DNA of 64,000 nucleotides from Clostridia bacterium (GTDB lineage Bacteria; Bacillota; Clostridia; Oscillospirales; QAKW01): NCBI GenBank assembly GCA_017464525.1, contig JAFTZM010000022.1, positions 30,562 to 94,561 of the forward strand, read 5' to 3'. Shown piece by piece: positions 58,844 to 64,000 of this stretch (position 1 is its first letter; each line of letters starts with the position of its first letter). The notes under the pieces were generated by a model. It saw only the letters and a program-made list of their open reading frames with translations, ran no database searches and was not told where the DNA came from. The position numbers and the translations under genes were made by a program.

Positions 58844-58863
58844 TTTAATGTTACATTTGTATT
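58831..58863. terminator. AT-rich 13-bp-arm palindrome overlapping the sorC stop
   Basis: AATACAAATGTAA-TTTAATG-TTACATTTGTATT. Confidence 0.4.
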
Positions 58864-58929
58864 CTAACACCTGTAAGGAGAAAAGTCAATAGAAAAATGG
58901 CCCTGTGCTTTTGCACAGAGCCATTTTTA

Positions 58930-59433
58930 CTAAAGAACCTTTTTCAACACATGATCCAATGGATAAAAGAGCAGCAGCACCGAGGCCGTATTGCCGATGC
59001 AATGGGGGATATCGAAGGGAATTCCGCTCACGATATACCCGATCCCTGCTCCCCATCCGCCGGTAATAAAATAGGGGATAGAGCAGAGGGTGCCGAAGGC
59101 CAGCCCATAGATCCCGGCCACGATGGCCCATAAAATGGGGTGGCTCCATCGTTTTAGGGCTAATACTATCAGTACTAAAATTGGCCAAACATACAAATAG
59201 TTGATCCACCACAGGTGAAATCCGTAGATCAATCCCTCCACCAGTACAAAGACTGCCACCGAAAGCAACGCCTTGGGACCGAAATGCAGGGTGGCCAGAA
59301 TGATCAGAAGTGTTACCAGTTCGATGTTTGGCAGGCCGGCCAGCGCCACCTGCAGCGCAATCATCAGGGCGGCAAATACCGCCAGGGCCGTCAGCTCCCG
59401 GAGCTTAAAAGCCGATGGTGTAGGTCGCTTCAT
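58930..59433 (-). CDS. small 5-6 TM membrane protein, candidate ECF-type vitamin B12 S-component (CbrT/BtuM-like)
   Basis: About 170 aa all-helical membrane protein downstream of a cobalamin riboswitch and DUF4430; conserved His/Cys (PFDIPHCIGN). Confidence 0.4.
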   Translation of the reverse strand: MKRPTPSAFKLRELTALAVFAALMIALQVALAGLPNIELVTLLIILATLHFGPKALLSVAVFVLVEGLIYGFHLWWINYLYVWPILVLIVLALKRWSHPILWAIVAGIYGLAFGTLCSIPYFITGGWGAGIGYIVSGIPFDIPHCIGNTASVLLLFYPLDHVLKKVL

Positions 59434-59797
59434 AGTGCTCCCCGTCGGCAATCACCTGCTGGTTCATCCCCACGCTCAGAGCTTCGCCGTCCTTGCTGAT
59501 GCACCACCAGGATTCATCCTTGCTCCAATCGGCGGTTACGCCGTCGATGGTGTTATACATCCCGTCCTCGGCGTATTCCACCAGCCCAGCCTCCACCAGA
59601 GCGTTGGCCAGATATTCCGCATCGGTGGTCAGCTTGTGCTCCTTGGAGGAGCCGTCCTGCAGGACCACCTCGAATGTCAATGCTTTGCTTCCTTCGTTGG
59701 GCTTGGCAGAAAGGCCCTTCCAAAGAAACACCGCACCGACGATCAGTGCTACCAGAACAATGGCGCCAATAATAATTGGCCATTTTTGTTTCTTCAT
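59405..59797 (-). CDS. DUF4430-domain protein (transcobalamin-like B12-binding accessory)
   Basis: N-terminal TM anchor plus about 100 aa DUF4430-like domain; RBS AAGGAGAA. Confidence 0.55.
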   Translation of the reverse strand: MKKQKWPIIIGAIVLVALIVGAVFLWKGLSAKPNEGSKALTFEVVLQDGSSKEHKLTTDAEYLANALVEAGLVEYAEDGMYNTIDGVTADWSKDESWWCISKDGEALSVGMNQQVIADGEHYEATYTIGF

Positions 59798-59869
59798 GGT
59801 TTTTTCTCCTTATTTATTTTTTTGAAAACCGCTGTAAGCAGCACCCATTTCTGCCCTTTCCGCTGTCTG

Positions 59870-60005
59870 CCGCAGAGGAAATGAGCAAAAACGGCCATCC
59901 ATCGTGGCGGCTGCCCCAGCCTTTGGCATCGATATTCCGGCTTTCAGCCAAGCTGATCACGGTGACGGGATCGTGGGGGATTTTCACCCCGCTTCCTCTT
60001 TGCCA
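59870..60005 (-). ncRNA. cobalamin (B12) riboswitch
   Basis: Minus-strand core AAAGAGGAAGCGGGGUGAAAAUCCCCCACGAUCCCGUCACCGUGA matches the conserved GGGAAG..GGUGA.AAUCCC...CCCG..AC.GUGA core. This was compared with the Tte AdoCbl riboswitch sequence recalled from memory. GCCGCCACGAUGG is B12-box-like. The P1-like pairing AGAGGAA / UUCCUCU bounds the aptamer. Confidence 0.55.
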
Positions 60006-60120
60006 AAGTTGTCTCCGGAAAAAGGATAGCACAGTTTTCTGCAAAAAACAAGTAAAAACCTTGCCATTCCGGCTATTTTATGTCATAATATATTTAAAAA
60101 TTAATTGAAAGGCTTGTAAA

Positions 60121-60732
60121 ATGAAGCGTTTTATTTGTTTTTTTCTGATTTTAATTTTGCTGATCCCCACCGCCATCGCCGAGGAAGCCCCCTTTTCCTT
60201 CTCCATCAGCAGCGCTGTGGGGCAGGTGGGAGATACGGTGACGGTGATCGGCTCGGTGAAAAATGCCCCGGTCTGCGCCTCCTATCGGGTGTATTTTACC
60301 TATGACACCGCAGTGCTGAAGCCGGTGGAAGGAAAAAATATCGGCGCCGGCGGACTGAGTATCGTGAATATCAATGCCTCCTATCAGAATACCCCGGCGA
60401 TCTGCGCCTTGGCTGCAGATGCGTCCAAGGTGCTGGAAGGAGATATGGAACTTTTCTCCGTGACCTTTAAGATCATCGGGGAGCCCCAGAACGGCGTTTC
60501 CCCCCTCACCCTGCGGCACTATGAATTCTTCGATGCGACCCCCTCGCCGGTGACGCCGGACGGAATGCGGGTCGGCGCTGTCTATACCGAGGAGCTCACC
60601 GAGGTGGTGCTCATCCTGCGCACCCTCATCGGCATCGATTGCGGCATCGCCGCTGCGAACCTGGATCAGGACCTGAACGGCACCCTCTCCATCTCCGATG
60701 CAGTTTTTTTGCTGCAAAAACTTTCCCTATAA
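60121..60732 (+). CDS. secreted cohesin-domain protein with C-terminal dockerin-like repeat
   Basis: Signal peptide; cohesin-like beta sandwich (TVTVIGSVKNAPV...FSVTFKIIG); C-terminal LDQDLNGTLSISDAVFLLQKL calcium-binding dockerin-like repeat. Confidence 0.55.
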   Translation: MKRFICFFLILILLIPTAIAEEAPFSFSISSAVGQVGDTVTVIGSVKNAPVCASYRVYFTYDTAVLKPVEGKNIGAGGLSIVNINASYQNTPAICALAADASKVLEGDMELFSVTFKIIGEPQNGVSPLTLRHYEFFDATPSPVTPDGMRVGAVYTEELTEVVLILRTLIGIDCGIAAANLDQDLNGTLSISDAVFLLQKLSL

Positions 60733-60734
60733 AA

Positions 60735-60765
60735 ATGTGCGGTTTAAAACACCGCACATTTTTTC
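60735..60765 (+). terminator. rho-independent terminator
   Basis: ATGTGCGGT-TTAAAAC-ACCGCACAT followed by T6. Confidence 0.7.
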
Positions 60766-60832
60766 TTGATTTATTGCGGGATATATTATATAATGTTTCT
60801 ATATAGTATCATCTTTAAAAGGAGAGATAAAA

Positions 60833-61951
60833 ATGGCAGATAAGAAGGACGCATTAGCCAAAGCTCTGGAGCAGATCGAAAAGCAGTTCGGTGCCGGAGC
60901 GGTGATGAAGCTGGGCGATAATACACATATGAACGTGGGCGTGATCCCCACCGGATCCCTCTCTTTGGATCTGGCGCTGGGGATCGGCGGTGTTCCCAAG
61001 GGCCGTATCATTGAGATCTACGGGCCGGAATCCTCCGGTAAGACCACCGTTGCGCTGCACGTTGCTGCCGAAGCCCAGAAGGCGGGCGGTACGGTGGCCT
61101 TCATTGATGCCGAGCACGCCCTGGATCCGGTGTATGCCGCTGCTCTGGGCGTGGATGTGGACAATCTGCTGGTCTCCCAGCCGGATTACGGCGAGCAGGC
61201 CCTGGAGATCACCGAGCAGCTGGTGCGTTCGGGTGCCATTGACCTGGTGGTGGTAGACTCTGTGGCCGCCCTGGTGCCCCGCACCGAGATCGAGGGTGAG
61301 ATGGGCGATGCCCATGTGGGTCTCCAGGCCCGCCTGATGAGCCAGGCGCTCCGGAAGCTGACCGGCGTGCTGGCCAAGACCAACTGCGTTGCCATTTTTA
61401 TCAACCAGCTCCGGGATAAGGTAGGCGTATTCTACGGTAGCAGCGAGACCACCACCGGCGGCCGTGCGCTGAAGTTCTATTCCTCTGTCCGGATCGATGT
61501 CCGCCGCACCGAGACCCTGAAGGTGGGCGGCGAGATGGTGGGTAATGCCACCAAGTGCAAGATCGTGAAGAATAAGGTGGCGCCCCCCTTTAAGACCGCA
61601 GTCTTTGATATTATGTATGGCGAAGGCATCTCCAAGGAGGGCGAGCTGCTGGATCTGGGCGAAAAGCTGAAGCTGGTGAAGAAGAGCGGCGCCTGGTTCT
61701 CTTATCAGGATACTCGTATCGGCCAGGGCCGTGATAATGCGAAGCAGTACCTGCGGGACAATCTGGATGTGGCCGCCGATCTGGAAAAGAATATCCGGGA
61801 TAATTTCGATAAGCTCCGGGAGATGGAAAGTAAGGTCTCCAAGCCTAAAAAGACCGCTGCTGCCCCCGCAGCCCCCGCTGCCGAGGAAGCTCCCGAGACC
61901 CCGGTGGCGCCCGCTGTTTCTTTAGACGTATCTGCGGATGACTTCGAATAA
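60833..61951 (+). CDS. recA: recombinase RecA
   Basis: Walker [10 protein letters not shown]; 372 aa; Ala/Pro-rich acidic tail. Confidence 0.95.
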   Translation: MADKKDALAKALEQIEKQFGAGAVMKLGDNTHMNVGVIPTGSLSLDLALGIGGVPKGRIIEIYGPESSGKTTVALHVAAEAQKAGGTVAFIDAEHALDPVYAAALGVDVDNLLVSQPDYGEQALEITEQLVRSGAIDLVVVDSVAALVPRTEIEGEMGDAHVGLQARLMSQALRKLTGVLAKTNCVAIFINQLRDKVGVFYGSSETTTGGRALKFYSSVRIDVRRTETLKVGGEMVGNATKCKIVKNKVAPPFKTAVFDIMYGEGISKEGELLDLGEKLKLVKKSGAWFSYQDTRIGQGRDNAKQYLRDNLDVAADLEKNIRDNFDKLREMESKVSKPKKTAAAPAAPAAEEAPETPVAPAVSLDVSADDFE

Positions 61952-62567
61952 GCCGGTGATCACCGCCATCCTTCCCAATGGGCAGGAGCCTGCCAAACGG
62001 GATGTTTTTGTGGATGGGGAATTTTACATGACCCTTCCCCTGGAGTTGCTGCTGCAGCAGGAACTGGGGGTGGGGGATCCCTTCGGCGAGGAAGAGGTGG
62101 AGGCCCTCACATTGGCGGCTCAGCTGATCCCCGCCAAGGAAAAGGCCTATCAATATCTGGGCTACGGCGATCTGAGCCGTAAAAAACTGTATGAAAAGCT
62201 GACCCGCTTCGGCATCGAGCCGCCGGTGGCAGAGGCCGCCTGCGCCCTGATGGAGGAGCAAGGGTTTTTAAACGACGAACGGTTGGCGCATCGCTTGGCG
62301 GTGCGCTTTGCCGAGTCCAAGCGCTGGGGACCCCGGCGTATCCTGCCGGAGCTGCTTCAGCGGGGGATTTCCTCGGAGCTTGCCAAAGAGGCGGTGGGGG
62401 AGCTGGAGACGGATTTTACCGATTCGGTGCGGTATTATATGGAAACCAAATATCGCAATTTTGATCTTACCGATCGCAAGGAGCTGCAGCGGGTGACCCA
62501 AGGTCTCATGCGGCTGGGCTTTGATTTTGATGATATACGGAGTGTAATAAACGACTACGATGATTAA
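61938..62567 (+). CDS. recX: RecA regulator RecX
   Basis: Three-helix-repeat protein immediately after recA; 14-nt overlap. Confidence 0.8.
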   Translation: MTSNKPVITAILPNGQEPAKRDVFVDGEFYMTLPLELLLQQELGVGDPFGEEEVEALTLAAQLIPAKEKAYQYLGYGDLSRKKLYEKLTRFGIEPPVAEAACALMEEQGFLNDERLAHRLAVRFAESKRWGPRRILPELLQRGISSELAKEAVGELETDFTDSVRYYMETKYRNFDLTDRKELQRVTQGLMRLGFDFDDIRSVINDYDD

Positions 62568-63885
62568 TGTTGGTTTTATCGGACTGGGGTGTGAAAAAAA
62601 CACCGTAAATACCGAAAAAATGATCGCTCTCGCCCGGGCAAAGGGCTACAATCTGGTCACCGATCTGGATCAGACGGATGTGGCGGTCATCAATACCTGC
62701 GGCTTCATTGAAAGCGCCAAGCAGGAGGCTATCGAGACCATCTTCGAGGTGGCGCAGCTGAAGGCGGAGGGCAGGGTGAAAAAGATCCTTGTGACCGGTT
62801 GCTTGGTGCAGCGGTACCGGGAGGAGATCGCCGCCGAGATCCCCGAGGTGGATGGCTTTTTGGGCGTGGGCTCCTTCCAGAAGATCGTCGAGGCCATTGA
62901 GCAGGTGCTGGCCGGCAATCGGGTGGAGTGGTACGGCGATACCGAAGAGCTCCAGCTGGAGGGGGAGCGAGTGCTCACTACTCCCCGGGAAACGGCGTAC
63001 CTCAAGATTGCCGATGGCTGCAATAACTGCTGTACCTATTGCTGCATCCCTGCCATCCGGGGCCGCTATCGCAGCCGGACGGTGGAAAATATTGTGGAGG
63101 AAGCAAAGGGGTTGATCGCAGGCGGCTGCAAGGAATTGATCCTCATTGCGCAGGATACTACCAATTACGGCATCGATCTTTACGGCGAGCGCAGATTGCC
63201 GGCGCTGATCCGGGAGATTTTGAAGATTGAGGGGCTGGAGTGGCTGCGGCTTCTCTACCTCTATCCGGATAAGATCACCGAGGAGCTGGTGGCGCTTTTT
63301 GCCGCCGAGGAAAAACTGATCCCCTATATCGAGATGCCCATTCAGCACGCTGTTGGCTCTGTGCTGAAGCGGATGAACCGCCCCGGCAATGCAGAAAGTT
63401 TGCTGAATACGGTCAATACCCTGCGCAGTAAAATTCCCGGTGTGGTGTTGCGCACCACCCTGATCGTGGGCTTCCCCGGCGAAACGGAGGAGGAATTCGA
63501 GGAGCTCTGCAATTTTGTGCGGGCTGCGGAATTTGAAAAATTAGGAGTATTCTGCTACTCCCGGGAGGAGGGCACCCCCGCCTATGAGATGCCTGATCAG
63601 ATCCCCGAGGAGGTCAAGGAACGCCGCCGAGATGTGATCGAGACCATCCAGGCAGATGTGGTGGAAAAAAAGCAGCAGGCGCTGGTGGGCAAGACCCTCT
63701 CTGTTCTGGTGGAGGGCTTCGATCGGTTCGGCGAGTGCTGGTATGGCAGAAGCTATATGGAGGCTCCGGATATCGACGGGAAGATCTTCTTCACCGGCGG
63801 GAGCAGCGTGTTGCCCGGCACCTTTGTGAAGGTAACGGTGGAGGATACCATGGATTTTGATTTGATCGGGAGGATCGAAGAATGA
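62560..63885 (+). CDS. rimO: ribosomal protein S12 methylthiotransferase RimO (MiaB-family radical SAM)
   Basis: MTTase N-domain; radical SAM CNNCCTYCC; C-terminal TRAM domain; about 440 aa. Confidence 0.8.
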   Translation: MINVGFIGLGCEKNTVNTEKMIALARAKGYNLVTDLDQTDVAVINTCGFIESAKQEAIETIFEVAQLKAEGRVKKILVTGCLVQRYREEIAAEIPEVDGFLGVGSFQKIVEAIEQVLAGNRVEWYGDTEELQLEGERVLTTPRETAYLKIADGCNNCCTYCCIPAIRGRYRSRTVENIVEEAKGLIAGGCKELILIAQDTTNYGIDLYGERRLPALIREILKIEGLEWLRLLYLYPDKITEELVALFAAEEKLIPYIEMPIQHAVGSVLKRMNRPGNAESLLNTVNTLRSKIPGVVLRTTLIVGFPGETEEEFEELCNFVRAAEFEKLGVFCYSREEGTPAYEMPDQIPEEVKERRRDVIETIQADVVEKKQQALVGKTLSVLVEGFDRFGECWYGRSYMEAPDIDGKIFFTGGSSVLPGTFVKVTVEDTMDFDLIGRIEE

Positions 63886-64000
63886 ATTTACCCAATAAAT
63901 TGACCCTGCTGCGGGTGATCATGATCCCTGCATTTTTGATCGTTTTGCTGGCGGTTCCCTATCCGGTGGGACCGTTGGTTGCTGCGGCTATCTATGCGGT
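63882..64000 (+). CDS. pgsA: CDP-diacylglycerol--glycerol-3-phosphate 3-phosphatidyltransferase (partial, 5' end)
   Basis: MNLPNKLTLLRVIMIPAFLIV N-terminus; ATGA overlap with the rimO stop. Confidence 0.6.
   Translation, partial: MNLPNKLTLLRVIMIPAFLIVLLAVPYPVGPLVAAAIYA

Overview
The window covers the replication-origin neighbourhood of a GC-rich (about 57%), spore-forming, cellulosome/S-layer-bearing Clostridia chromosome; Oscillospiraceae or Ruminococcaceae is an inference from SASP, SLH, cohesin/dockerin and the gene order. Housekeeping core: mnmE-mnmG-rsmG on the plus strand; jag-yidC-yidD-rnpA-rpmH and glyQS on the minus strand; then dnaA-dnaN-yaaA-recF-remB-gyrB-gyrA; later recG, clpC, trmL, recA-recX-rimO-pgsA. 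The hunt found the following. (1) Two small AT-rich islands of about 30-35% GC, each carrying a disrupted secreted cysteine-peptidase gene: one has a PPC domain plus a caspase-fold-like domain broken by an in-frame TAA and sits next to a PepSY-like membrane protein; the other is a streptopain C10-like gene broken by a frameshift beside a PadR/HAAS module. (2) A repeat family not explained by any gene: four copies, three of 240-280 bp and one truncated to 70 bp. All four have TA flanks, GGG...CCC termini, and terminal stems that co-vary between copies. One copy lies inside the nfeD-floT operon and one is nested in a terminator hairpin. (3) A cobalamin riboswitch upstream of a DUF4430 plus small ECF-S-like membrane protein pair. 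(4) glyQS inserted between rpmH and dnaA with a consensus promoter and no T-box. (5) Convergent genes sharing a perfect palindrome that encodes TTAEG-stop on both strands. (6) Paired TGTAAA-N5-TTTACA operators at an XRE regulator. (7) A PFL-like glycyl-radical enzyme without an activase, in an operon with a GH78 rhamnosidase. I saw no rRNA, tRNA, CRISPR array, transposase or integrase gene.
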